Source: a virus. From it: a DNA stretch of 64,000 bases. The stretch spans positions 26,881 to 90,880 of the IMG/VR virus record IMGVR_UViG_3300044816_000082; one strand, 5' to 3'. Position 1 is the first letter of the stretch, and each line of letters starts with the position of its first letter. Positions 55,296 to 64,000 of the stretch are shown here, one piece after another. The position numbers and the translations under genes are program-made. The notes under the pieces were generated by a model. It was given only the letters and a program-made list of their open reading frames with translations, made no database searches and was not told where the DNA came from.

Positions 55296-55914
55296 CGTAG
55301 ACGGCGAGGAAGGTGGTTCCGCCGCTGATCAGCGCGGGGGTGGTGCCGTCTTCTGAGGACAGGTGCAGCAGCCAGGTGACGGTGGCACCGGGGGTCAGCC
55401 CGGACACATATTGTGAGGCTGTCTTGAACAGGCGTTTGGTCTGGTCGGTGACCGCCCAATAGGCACCCATCGATCCCAGTGCTGCTGTCCAGACGCTCAG
55501 CGCGCTGTTGACCCCGTCGGTGGTGCTGGCGATCATCGCCCCGACGTCCACCCGCACCCTGCCTGAGGTAGGGACCGCGAAGCTCACCTTGAGCAGGTTG
55601 GTGTCGAGCGGGGTGGGCGCTCCTGACGCGACGGAGTATCCCCCCGCCGGGTCCGGTTTCGACGCAGCAGCCAACATGCCAGTTGTGAGCGCCGCGAGAG
55701 CGGCTGCGAGCTCGGCAGCGTTGATGTAGTGCACGGGACTCGGGGCGCCACCCGGGGCGCCGGGGACTGCATACCCGATCCCGATGAGGTGCGCGGCGAC
55801 CGTGTCGAGGACGCTCACGACGTCCCCGGGGTTCACCGCCACCCCGGGCATCCCGAGCGACGCAGCCTGAGCTGCTGTGAGCGGGTTGCTGATCGTGACC
55901 GTCACATTCGCCAT
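55288..55914 (-). CDS. putative virion decoration/adaptor protein B
   Basis: Shares N-terminus with 52720-53304. Confidence 0.7.
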   Translation of the reverse strand: MANVTVTISNPLTAAQAASLGMPGVAVNPGDVVSVLDTVAAHLIGIGYAVPGAPGGAPSPVHYINAAELAAALAALTTGMLAAASKPDPAGGYSVASGAPTPLDTNLLKVSFAVPTSGRVRVDVGAMIASTTDGVNSALSVWTAALGSMGAYWAVTDQTKRLFKTASQYVSGLTPGATVTWLLHLSSEDGTTPALISGGTTFLAVYGA

Positions 55915-55928
55915 GCCCGGGACGGTAG
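55815..55928 (-). repeat. right arm of perfect 114-bp inverted repeat
   Basis: Exact reverse complement of 52706-52819. Confidence 0.95.
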
Positions 55929-56005
55929 AGCGCCTGGTCGCTCAACGTCGCGGGGCAGTCAGAGCGGGCGCAGACGCGACGTTACGCGTGCGGGATCTCT
56001 ACGGT
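55922..56005. promoter_or_regulatory. back-to-back late-type promoters
   Basis: Minus: CGCGAC(55952-55947)-N19-TACCGT; plus: CGCGAC(55975)-N19-TACGGT. Confidence 0.75.
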
Positions 56006-56078
56006 GCGCGTCAGGTCATCGTCGCGGACGGTGACGGGCACAACCTCAGACCGTGAAACAGCCCGCGAGGAGCAGACC

Positions 56079-57449
56079 ATGACCACCGAGACCGACGTAC
56101 GACCCTCCGAGGTCAAGAGCCGCCTCCGCGAGCTCAACACTGCCCTCGCTGAGGAACGTAAGACGATCGATGCCGTGACGGCCGCGTTCAAGGTCGAGGG
56201 CAAGAACGTCGAGGTCACGACCGAGCAGCGCGACGACCTCCGCAAGGCCGTCGCGAATGGTGAGGAGCTCAAGAGCCTCATCAGCGACCTCGAGCGCGCC
56301 AACGGCATCGGGGACTTCCTCGACCAGGCCGCCGGGACCGGAACGGCCGGTGAGGACCAGGCCAGCCGGCAGAACGACGGCGGCGGCCGGCAGGCCGCGT
56401 GGGGCCGCAAGAGCCTCGGTGAGCTCGTCACCGACTCCGACATCCGCGCCCGCCTCGCGGACGGCGCCACGAGCGCCACGCTGGAGGTCAAGGGCCGCAA
56501 CATCGGGATGATGGGCTACGCCTTCGGTGGTGGCCTTGAGCAGAAGGACGTCTACACCGCGGCCGGTGGCAGCTTCACCATCCCGGCCTTCGGCAGCCAG
56601 CAGAACGACGGCCTGATCATCCCGGCCTATCGCACCCTGCGGATCCGCGACCTGTTCCCCGTCGCCGGTACCACCGCGAACCTCATCGAGTACGTCCGCC
56701 GGACCGGGTACGTGAACAACGCCCGGACCGTCGCGGAACGGACCGCCGCGGACGGCAGCGCCGCGACGGGCGGCGGCACCGACGTGTTCGGGCTCAAGCC
56801 CCCGAGCAACCTGACGTTCACTGCGCAGCAGGCGCCCGTCAGGGTCATCGCTCACACCATCGACGTGAGCAAGACCGTCCTCGACGACGAGCCCCGGCTG
56901 CAGGACACGATCAACGGCGAGATGCTCTACGGACTCCGCCTCACCGAGGACGCTGAGATCCTGTTCGGTGACGGGACCGGCAGCCACCTCACGGGGATCC
57001 TGAACACCGCCGGGATCCAGGCGTACGCGCAGAGCAGCGGTCCCTCGACCGACTACAAGAGCGACGCTGTCCGGCGGGCACTGACCCGCATCATGCTCGC
57101 CTACTACGACGCCACCGGCCTCGTCCTCCACCCCTTCGACTGGGAGGACACCGAGCTCGAGAAGGACAGCCAGAACCGCTACATCCTCACGCAGAACGTT
57201 GCCGTGGGGGCGCAGAAGCAGCTCTGGACCGTCCCCGTCGTCGCGACCCCCGCGATGACGCAGGGCACCTTCCTCGCGGGTGCCTTCGGCCTCGGCGCCA
57301 AGCTCTACGACCGCGAGAGCGCCACGATCGCCGTCAGCACCGAGACCCGCGACCTGTTCGACCGCAACGCCGTCGCGATCCGCGCGGAGGAAAGGGTGGC
57401 CTTGGAGGTTGGTCGCCCAGAAGCCTTCGTCAGGGGCGCTTTCAGCTAG
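56079..57449 (+). CDS. HK97-fold major capsid protein with delta domain
   Basis: LTIRDL-like RTLRIRDLFP, IAH...SK.VLDD, ED.EIL.GDG, LHP.DW, F.RN.VAIRAEER.AL.V.RPEAFV; strong codon bias. Confidence 0.93.
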   Translation: MTTETDVRPSEVKSRLRELNTALAEERKTIDAVTAAFKVEGKNVEVTTEQRDDLRKAVANGEELKSLISDLERANGIGDFLDQAAGTGTAGEDQASRQNDGGGRQAAWGRKSLGELVTDSDIRARLADGATSATLEVKGRNIGMMGYAFGGGLEQKDVYTAAGGSFTIPAFGSQQNDGLIIPAYRTLRIRDLFPVAGTTANLIEYVRRTGYVNNARTVAERTAADGSAATGGGTDVFGLKPPSNLTFTAQQAPVRVIAHTIDVSKTVLDDEPRLQDTINGEMLYGLRLTEDAEILFGDGTGSHLTGILNTAGIQAYAQSSGPSTDYKSDAVRRALTRIMLAYYDATGLVLHPFDWEDTELEKDSQNRYILTQNVAVGAQKQLWTVPVVATPAMTQGTFLAGAFGLGAKLYDRESATIAVSTETRDLFDRNAVAIRAEERVALEVGRPEAFVRGAFS

Positions 57450-57471
57450 GCGGCACCCATCTCAGGCTAGT

Positions 57472-57504
57472 CAGAAGCCCCGCACTTTTTGTGTGGGGCT
57501 TCTG
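57472..57504 (+). terminator. hairpin terminator after the MCP gene
   Basis: CAGAAGCCCCGCAC-TTTTT-GTGTGGGGCTTCTG. Confidence 0.75.
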
Positions 57505-57580
57505 CTATTGTCGGTGCGAAAGGTGCCCCCGACAGCGAGTCGGATCGCTTCGGGGGCGTGGACGACCGGAAGGGGTCGAC

Positions 57581-58378
57581 GTGTCGGATCGTATGTGCTC
57601 GGTGGACGAGTGTGATCGCAGGGCCGTGACGCGCGGTTGGTGCCCCGGGCATTACGCGCGGTGGAAGGCAACGAACGAGACGCCGTCGGGGCCGTTGCGG
57701 GTGATGGGCGCTCGGGTACAGAAGGTGTGCGAGGGCTGTGACATCAAGTTCGAGGTGATGCCCAACAGGTCTGGGCAGCGGTTCCATTCGGCCGCTTGTG
57801 CTCGAGCCTCGGGGTTGAAGCCCCGAACTGGTGAGGAGCGTCCTTGCGCGGCGTGCACCAAGGCGGTGTACGTGCCCCTGTACCGGCTAGCTGGGGTCGA
57901 CGACGGGACGTTCTCGGTGTCGTGCTCGACCGCGTGTCAGGCCGTGGCTCAGACGCGGCGAGTGGAGTGGCGCTGCGCGGGCTGTGACATCACGGAGATG
58001 CGTCCTGCGTCGAAGGCGGCGCAGACGTATCACTCGCGGGAGTGCTGGCGGGCGCATCGTGATGAGGTGCGTCGCGGGAAGCGCCACAAGCGGTCGGATG
58101 GGTACGTGGAGCTGTGGCGTCCAGAGCACCCGGCGGCGCAGCCGTCGACGGGGTTCATCATGGAGCACCGAGTGGTGATGGAGGGCATGATCGGGCGGGT
58201 GCTGCGCTCCTCTGAGGAGGTGCATCACCGCAACGGGCAGCGCTCGGACAACCGCCCGGAGAACCTTGAGTTGTGGGTGGTGTCGCAACCCGCTGGGCAG
58301 CGGGTCGAGGATCGTGTTGCGTGGCATCGTGCGGAGCTCGCCCTGCTTGAGGATGCTGTAGCTCGCCTCTCGAGGTGA
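57581..58378 (+). CDS. free-standing HNH homing endonuclease with Zn-finger repeats
   Basis: GYV...EHR.VME..IGR.L...EEVHHRNGQRSDNRPENLELW. Confidence 0.9.
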   Translation: MSDRMCSVDECDRRAVTRGWCPGHYARWKATNETPSGPLRVMGARVQKVCEGCDIKFEVMPNRSGQRFHSAACARASGLKPRTGEERPCAACTKAVYVPLYRLAGVDDGTFSVSCSTACQAVAQTRRVEWRCAGCDITEMRPASKAAQTYHSRECWRAHRDEVRRGKRHKRSDGYVELWRPEHPAAQPSTGFIMEHRVVMEGMIGRVLRSSEEVHHRNGQRSDNRPENLELWVVSQPAGQRVEDRVAWHRAELALLEDAVARLSR

Positions 58379-58422
58379 TCGCCGTCGCTGCCCACCTTCC
58401 CCGGGGCAGCGGCTGTCGCGGA

Positions 58423-58453
58423 CGCGACCGTCACCTGCTAAGCGCTCTAGCGT
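58423..58453 (+). promoter_or_regulatory. late-type promoter
   Basis: CGCGAC-N19-TAGCGT. Confidence 0.7.
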
Positions 58454-58668
58454 TCCGGTGGTCACGCGGGTGGGGCTCATGGGTCGGGCGTTCCCGGTGA
58501 CGTCCCGGCTGTCCCCCCGTCGAGCTGCACGTCCGGTGCCTCGGCCCGGCGGGGGGCAGCTCGGGGCCCTGCGGGACGCAGACGGGACGCAAGGGGTCCG
58601 GGCGCCCTACGGTCTGGCTTGTCGTCGGGCACAGCGCCCGTGAGAGCGAGAAGCAACGGAGGGCCACC

Positions 58669-59115
58669 GTGTCCGAGGACAGCACCCCCAAGAAGACCAC
58701 CGGCAAGGGCGCCGCTTCGGCCCCGAAGCAGGCGCCGCTCGTCCCGCCGTCTGTGCCCCCGGGCGCGTTCGACGACGAGCCCCACGTCGACACGGCGTTC
58801 CGCACCAACGAGGAGCTCGAGAACGAGCGCCGCCTCGTCGCGCCGCCCGTCCCGCGTCCGGAGGAGGCGAGCCTCAAGACGGGCTTCGCGGATGACAGCG
58901 ACACCGCTGACCTCGAGGCGTTGCGGTCCGACGACGGGGACACCCTCGTGACGCTCCGCGAGAACGTCTACGAGGAGCTGCCGGTGCCCAACAGCACCCG
59001 CACTACGCACGTCCTCAAGTACGCCAAGGGGCAGGCCGTGCCCCGCAAGGTCCTCGACGCGCACAAGGGCCGGGCCACCGAGGACAAGCGCTCCTCGGCC
59101 ACCGAGTCCAAGTAA
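58669..59115 (+). CDS. hypothetical late protein
   Basis: SD GGAGG; follows the MCP. Confidence 0.7.
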   Translation: MSEDSTPKKTTGKGAASAPKQAPLVPPSVPPGAFDDEPHVDTAFRTNEELENERRLVAPPVPRPEEASLKTGFADDSDTADLEALRSDDGDTLVTLRENVYEELPVPNSTRTTHVLKYAKGQAVPRKVLDAHKGRATEDKRSSATESK

Positions 59116-59148
59116 CCCGGCCTCGGCCGACCACGAGAGGACAGCTCC

Positions 59149-59415
59149 ATGGCTGAGGCCGCACCCCGCGACCCGTCGGTTCGGCTGACGCGTCGCTGCG
59201 ACTTCTGCGGGCAGATCGACGATCACCCGCACATCGTGCTGATGCAGGCCGACGGGACGGTGGAGTCGGGTCACCACGACTGCGCCGCGGACAGAGGCAG
59301 CGTCAAGGCCGCCGCGATCGTGGCAGCGGCCAAGGGCAAGCAGGGTGAAGCCCTGACCCGCTTCCTGACCAAGGGCGGCGCGGATCACCTCAGCACTGCC
59401 GTCGAGGAGGGCTAA
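59149..59415 (+). CDS. hypothetical protein
   Basis: CDFCGQIDDHPH...HHDC. Confidence 0.7.
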   Translation: MAEAAPRDPSVRLTRRCDFCGQIDDHPHIVLMQADGTVESGHHDCAADRGSVKAAAIVAAAKGKQGEALTRFLTKGGADHLSTAVEEG

Positions 59416-59418
59416 GCC

Positions 59419-59817
59419 GTGGGTTCGATGGAGCAGAGCACGTCCAACAATGTTCTCGACGCCCTGATGGGGACGGCGGTGTTCGTCGCCACGGTCGCCC
59501 CCATCAGGTGCCGTCTGATGACGGCCAACGGCTCGGCCACGGCGGCCGGTACGGAGCTCGCGACGTCCGGTGGCTACACCGCCGGTACGGGTGCCCCGTC
59601 GGTCACGTTCGCGGCTGCTGCGGCGGGTGCGGCCGCGTCCAACTCGGCTGTGACGGTCACCAACATGCCCGCCACCACGATCGTCGGTGTCGAGCTGTGG
59701 GACAGCGCCGGGACCCCCGACCGCAAGTGGTGGGGGGCTCTGACGTCGAGCAAGACGACGAACGCCGGGGATACCTTCGCCGTCGCGGCGGGGGCGCTCG
59801 TGGCGAGCATGCCGTAG
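59419..59817 (+). CDS. putative minor virion/tail protein
   Basis: ELATSGGY...VTF...SN...VGVELWDS...WGAL...KT..AGD pattern. Confidence 0.7.
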   Translation: MGSMEQSTSNNVLDALMGTAVFVATVAPIRCRLMTANGSATAAGTELATSGGYTAGTGAPSVTFAAAAAGAAASNSAVTVTNMPATTIVGVELWDSAGTPDRKWWGALTSSKTTNAGDTFAVAAGALVASMP

Positions 59818-59820
59818 CTC

Positions 59821-61977
59821 ATGGCGACGGACCTTTTCGCCAACGCGGCGCAGACGACTCTCACGGCGCAGGCCGCTGTGGGGGACGTGACGTTCACGGT
59901 CGCCTCCTCAGCGGCCTTCCCCTTCCCCACCGCGGGCCAGTACCGGGCCGTGGCGACCCCTCCGGGGCAGGGGGTGACCTCGGAGTTCGTACTCGTGACC
60001 GCAGCGCCCTCCGGGACGTCTGTGACCGTCACGAGGGCACAGGAGGGCAGCACAGCGCAGACGCTGCCGATCGGCACGACGCTGTCGCACGTGCTGACGG
60101 CCGGGTGGGCTGCGTCGCTGCTCAAGAAATCGGATGGTGATGCCTCGTACACATCGGTTGCTCCTGGCTCCGGGCTGACCCCGGCAGTCGTTCGGACCAA
60201 CCCGGCCAGTCCCCAGGCCGTCCCGCTCCGCAGGGTGATGGTTAAGGTCGCAGCGATCAACGCGGGCACCCCGTCACGGGTGAAGGTCTGCACCTTCGGT
60301 GACTCCTACGGGCAGAAGGTCTACGGCCAGATCGCGCCGTTGCTGGCCCGGATGTTCGGTGGCACTGCGGGCAGCATCAACACGGGCGTGTCGGGGACCG
60401 GCGCTCTCGCGATCTCCAACACGACCGGCGCGGTCACCGACAACCTCGCGGACTTCGACGCCTCCGTGACCGGCCAGACCACCACCTACACCACGGGTGG
60501 GAACCGCACCTACGCATCGGCGGCGCAGGTCACCGACACGCTGAAGGTCTACTACGTCATCGAGGACCCCGCGAACAACAAGGGTGGCGGGACGTTCAAG
60601 CTTCAGGTCAACGGCGTGGACGCGGCTGGCTTCACGAACGTCAGTGCGGCAGGTGCCGGTGGCTCCAACCCGACCCTGGGAATCGCCACTGTCACGCCCA
60701 CTCGCGCGAGCAACACCCTGACGATCGTGAACCTGACCGGCAAAGTCCGGGTCTTGCACGTCGGGATGGAAGACAGCCTCTCGTCGGGCCTGATGAGCAT
60801 CAACGTCGGCGTCGGTGGGCTCTGCCTGGACGACGCGATGCAGAACGCCAATGCTCGGGCGATCTTCTCGGCGTTCCTCGCGGACCAGAGCCCCGACCTG
60901 ATGACCTTCGAGATGAAGGAGGCATCGGTCTACAGCGGTGTGAGCAGCGGCAGCACGCTCAACTCGGGCCTGACCTACCAGCAGCGCCTGACGACGTTCT
61001 TCGCCGCTACCACCGCTGGCGCACCCCTCATGGACATCATCGCGATCGGTACCCCCGCTGTGAGCGAGAACGGCAGCGGCAACCAGGCCGACATCCTCGT
61101 CCAGAACACGCAACTCCTCGCCGCAACCCAGGCAGCAGGACAGATCTTCTACGACACATACGCCCTCTTCAAGGCGAGCATGACCAGCACCCCGGCGCAG
61201 GACTGGGCCGTGATCGTCGCGGAGGGGTGGCAGGGCGATGGCACCCACATCGCCGCCGCCGCCGATCAACTTCGCGGCATGGCCCTCATGCGGGACCTTG
61301 GGCTACTGACCCTCTACGGGCGACGATTCCCGCTCGACCTGAACGCTGCGAAGGCGCAGACCGATCAGGTCATCTTCAACGCTCTCGGCGCTGCCACACC
61401 CGAAGGTGTGTTCAAGAGCGACACGCTCAGCAACGATGTCTACTTCCTCGGCAAGCGATATCTGCGGGGTTACGAGCCGACCCAGGCCACGGAGTACTGG
61501 CGGCTCGCGACCGACAACGGTCGGCTGTCCTACGTTCCGACCTACTGCGGATTCGGCGCGGGGAAGGCGAAGATCGTCGGTCTCGGTGCACGGGTCCTCG
61601 GAGTCGTCGGTGGCGACAACGACAACAACTACGGTGACGTGCAGGCCCGATCCCTGGCGGCACTCGTCCAGACTCTCAACGGTGTCTCTGGGGCCGTCAG
61701 CATCGACCTGAACAACGGTGCGCTGATCGTCCTCAACCTGACCGGCAACATCACGTCCCTGGCGTTCACCAACGCAGGGACGACAGGGCAGGAAGTCACG
61801 CTGCACTTCGTGCAGGACGCCACAGGGGGGCGCACCCTTGCGGGCGTGTCCGGGTCGGTGAAGCCCGCCACGACAGGCTTGACCCTCGCTGCGGCCGCGA
61901 CGAAGCGGGACGTCGTGAAGTTCCAGCAGATCGGTGGCTCGTTCTACCAGATCACACCGCTCGTCACCCAGGCTTAA
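59821..61977 (+). CDS. fibre/spike protein with SGNH-esterase-like domain
   Basis: N-terminal TVTRAQEGSTA; FGDSY and DGTH; C-terminal IDL..G...LTGN...QDATGGRTL. Confidence 0.75.
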   Translation: MATDLFANAAQTTLTAQAAVGDVTFTVASSAAFPFPTAGQYRAVATPPGQGVTSEFVLVTAAPSGTSVTVTRAQEGSTAQTLPIGTTLSHVLTAGWAASLLKKSDGDASYTSVAPGSGLTPAVVRTNPASPQAVPLRRVMVKVAAINAGTPSRVKVCTFGDSYGQKVYGQIAPLLARMFGGTAGSINTGVSGTGALAISNTTGAVTDNLADFDASVTGQTTTYTTGGNRTYASAAQVTDTLKVYYVIEDPANNKGGGTFKLQVNGVDAAGFTNVSAAGAGGSNPTLGIATVTPTRASNTLTIVNLTGKVRVLHVGMEDSLSSGLMSINVGVGGLCLDDAMQNANARAIFSAFLADQSPDLMTFEMKEASVYSGVSSGSTLNSGLTYQQRLTTFFAATTAGAPLMDIIAIGTPAVSENGSGNQADILVQNTQLLAATQAAGQIFYDTYALFKASMTSTPAQDWAVIVAEGWQGDGTHIAAAADQLRGMALMRDLGLLTLYGRRFPLDLNAAKAQTDQVIFNALGAATPEGVFKSDTLSNDVYFLGKRYLRGYEPTQATEYWRLATDNGRLSYVPTYCGFGAGKAKIVGLGARVLGVVGGDNDNNYGDVQARSLAALVQTLNGVSGAVSIDLNNGALIVLNLTGNITSLAFTNAGTTGQEVTLHFVQDATGGRTLAGVSGSVKPATTGLTLAAAATKRDVVKFQQIGGSFYQITPLVTQA

Positions 61978-62143
61978 ACACTCGGTAAGCCCAGCCACAT
62001 TGCGAACCGTGAGACAGTGGTGAGCGCTTCCACGAAGGGGGGTCCCAGATGTGTAACTGCTGTCCCGGCGGTCGGCGGATCGACTGCCTGTGCCCCTGTC
62101 ATGGGGCAGCGCGCGAAGCGTCAATCGAGAGCCCCGTCGCCCG

Positions 62144-62449
62144 GTGACCACCACCGTGGACTTCGACCTGTGCCACTCGAACTACGGCAACGGCGACACC
62201 CACACCAACCCGTCCTACTGCGGCAATGAGCCGTGGCGCTTCCGCGAGGCTCTCGACGCTGCTGACGGCGACCTTGACAAGCGCAGGCAGGCGTACCGGG
62301 AGAACACCCCAGCCACCTACTTCAAGTGCGCCTCGAAGGCCGACAACGTCATCTCGTTCCCCTGCACGGGGTCCAAGCACCTCGACCACAAGACCGTGAT
62401 CCGCTGCTCCTGTGCCTGCCACCACATCGCCATGAGGGGGAACCAATGA
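62144..62449 (+). CDS. hypothetical protein
   Basis: Cys-rich; ends CSCACH. Confidence 0.55.
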   Translation: MTTTVDFDLCHSNYGNGDTHTNPSYCGNEPWRFREALDAADGDLDKRRQAYRENTPATYFKCASKADNVISFPCTGSKHLDHKTVIRCSCACHHIAMRGNQ

Positions 62450-62628
62450 CTGAGCCGACGCTAGGGGGACAGCTCGGTCTGCTGACCAAGGCGACCAGCT
62501 TGGACCTGCGCGCCCGCTGGCACTACCGGCAGCTCTGCCGTCACGAGCGGCTGATGAAGCGGCACGGCCACGCCATCCGCGAACTGCAGCCTGCGGCCGA
62601 CACCGTCAACCAGGCGCTCGGCACCTGA
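62446..62628 (+). CDS. hypothetical protein
   Basis: ATGA-coupled. Confidence 0.5.
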   Translation: MTEPTLGGQLGLLTKATSLDLRARWHYRQLCRHERLMKRHGHAIRELQPAADTVNQALGT

Positions 62629-62805
62629 GCGCGTCAAGCGACGCCCCGCCCCTTTTCGTCACAGTTAGGTCACAGCCGTCGTCTTCGTGGCGACCAACGG
62701 TCATCGGTGACGTACTAAGAGGTAGCCCCCCAAACAGGGGCGCCCCCGCCGGTGGTGGAACACCAGACGGGGGCTGTGATCGACCACCAGTTGGGGTGGA
62801 AGACC

Positions 62806-63159
62806 GTGTCGAACCGTACTGCCCTGCAGCTCGTCCCAGCCAGCACCGACGGCGCGTCGCAGCCGTCCGAACCGCACCGGTACGACGAGGCCGTCGAAGC
62901 CTTCCTGGCTGGCTACTCTGGCGAGACGCACCGCGCCTACCGCTACCACCTGCAGATGTACCGCCGTTGGTGCGATGCCCGCGGCATGCACCCCTTCGAT
63001 GCCCGAAGGCCCGACCTGCGCGCCTACCTGGCCTGGCTGCAGGAACCCGCACGCAAGGCCCCGGGCGGATGGTCCCAGTCCACCGTGCAGATCCGCATCA
63101 ATGCCGTCCGGGTCTTCTACCGCGAGTCCGTCGTCGATGAGTACCTGCTCATCGACCCG
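62806..63159 (+). pseudogene. N-terminal SAM-like fragment of a tyrosine recombinase
   Basis: AFLAGYSG.T.RAY..L..Y.RWC...STV..RI.AVR.FYR..V.DE.L..DP, then unrelated sequence. Confidence 0.8.
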
Positions 63160-63335
63160 CGGCTCTACAGTGGCCAGCTCGGGCGTCGAGCGCGTGGGAG
63201 GACCATCCGCACCACGGCCACAGACTCATCGCCAAGGGGACAAGTTGGTCCGGACGGGTGATCCTGGGGTGGCTAGAACCTGTCGATGAGACAGACGGCA
63301 CGTGGCGGCTTCGCAGCGCACGCGCAGGAACTTAG
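63159..63335 (+). pseudogene. startless 3' remnant of a small BrnT-like/toxin-like gene
   Basis: Frame ALQWPA..AWEDHPHHGHRLIAKG...GRVILGWLEPVDE..GTWRLRSAR with no start codon. Confidence 0.4.
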
Positions 63336-63367
63336 GGGAGGCTTCCCCTGTTTGCACAAGAGGAGGC

Positions 63368-63595
63368 ATGATGACCGGCATGGACAACGAGCGCGCAGAC
63401 TGGTTCGACGACGACAACGTGTCGTTCGACGACGCCCTTGACAGGTTTGACGCTCTTCATCCTGCGCCAACTTGCGGCCCGTTGGGCTTCGGTGCGGTTC
63501 TGGTGACCGCACCCCCGACCTACGGCGGCAAGACCGTCACGGCGCACGCGCCCCAGGTCAACACGCCCATGCGAGTCAGCGCCGCCGCCCACTGA
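63368..63595 (+). CDS. small protein with acidic N-terminus (antitoxin-like)
   Basis: SD GAGGAGG; DWFDDDNVSFDDALDRFDAL. Confidence 0.5.
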   Translation: MMTGMDNERADWFDDDNVSFDDALDRFDALHPAPTCGPLGFGAVLVTAPPTYGGKTVTAHAPQVNTPMRVSAAAH

Positions 63596-63600
63596 CAGGG

Positions 63601-64000
63601 ATGACGATCTTCGAGGACGCGCGCGTCACCATTCTGCTCGCAGACCACATCGGCATCGATGGCGGCGGCAAGGCAAATGTGCTCGGCGCGGGCTTCACCG
63701 TCACCGGCATCGGTCCTCAAGGCTTGAGTGCTGCTCAGCACCTCTTGATCTTCATCGACCTGCCGCCCAAGCACGCCGGCGCAGAGTTCGCGCTGTCTCT
63801 TGAGCTCAGGGATGAGACGACGGGATCGTCGTTCAACGTCGTGGGTCCGGACGGCACGTCCCAACCTCTCCGTGTACAGCAGATGGTCCGCGGCGAGCGA
63901 CCCATGGTCCCCAACGTGTACCTGCCCGACACAGTCCCTATCCGCGTCCAGCTGAACCTCGCCTTCCCGAACGGCTTGCCGCTTGCGCCGGGACACAACT
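63601..64000 (+). CDS. DUF6941-like protein truncated by the window edge
   Basis: MTIFEDARVTILLADH...GGKANVLGAG...; open to the window end. Confidence 0.6.
   Translation, partial: MTIFEDARVTILLADHIGIDGGGKANVLGAGFTVTGIGPQGLSAAQHLLIFIDLPPKHAGAEFALSLELRDETTGSSFNVVGPDGTSQPLRVQQMVRGERPMVPNVYLPDTVPIRVQLNLAFPNGLPLAPGHN

Noticed and set aside
52706-55928. Dedicated invertase for the inverted-repeat cassette
   Set aside because: No intact recombinase in the window; both tyrosine recombinase pieces are fragments.
61978-62140. tRNA or att site in the intergenic gap before the terminal island
   Set aside because: No cloverleaf or T-loop, and no matching direct repeat found by eye.

Overview
A 64-kb segment of a high-GC, actinobacterial-type tailed phage or prophage. 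Almost all genes are on the + strand. The left 36 kb is a dense, translationally coupled early/accessory region: replication initiator plus DnaC-like ATPase, three DNA methyltransferases (one frameshifted, one with an overlapping second frame), ASCH, DnaJ-like, C1 peptidase, PAPS-reductase-like and HNH genes, a displaced TerS-like gene and many small ORFs. The right 28 kb is an unusually elaborate HK97-type head module: TerL; a 1818-aa portal-MuF-intein-metallopeptidase fusion; an 850-aa zeta-toxin-domain protein; a prohead protease with two inteins; a convergent esterase / permuted-GH5 cassette flanked by a perfect 114-bp inverted repeat; the major capsid protein; a free-standing HNH; and an SGNH fibre protein. 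A decayed integrase/TA-like island ends the window. The strongest finding is that the MuF intein has no endonuclease in its own frame but carries a complete HTH-HTH-DUF559-like endonuclease gene, with its own SD, on the antisense strand. Two recurrent promoter grammars are also readable: early (YAACCSGGTATAC plus a heptaloop hairpin) and late (CGCGAC-N19-TANNNT). All family calls come from motif recognition by eye, not database searches.
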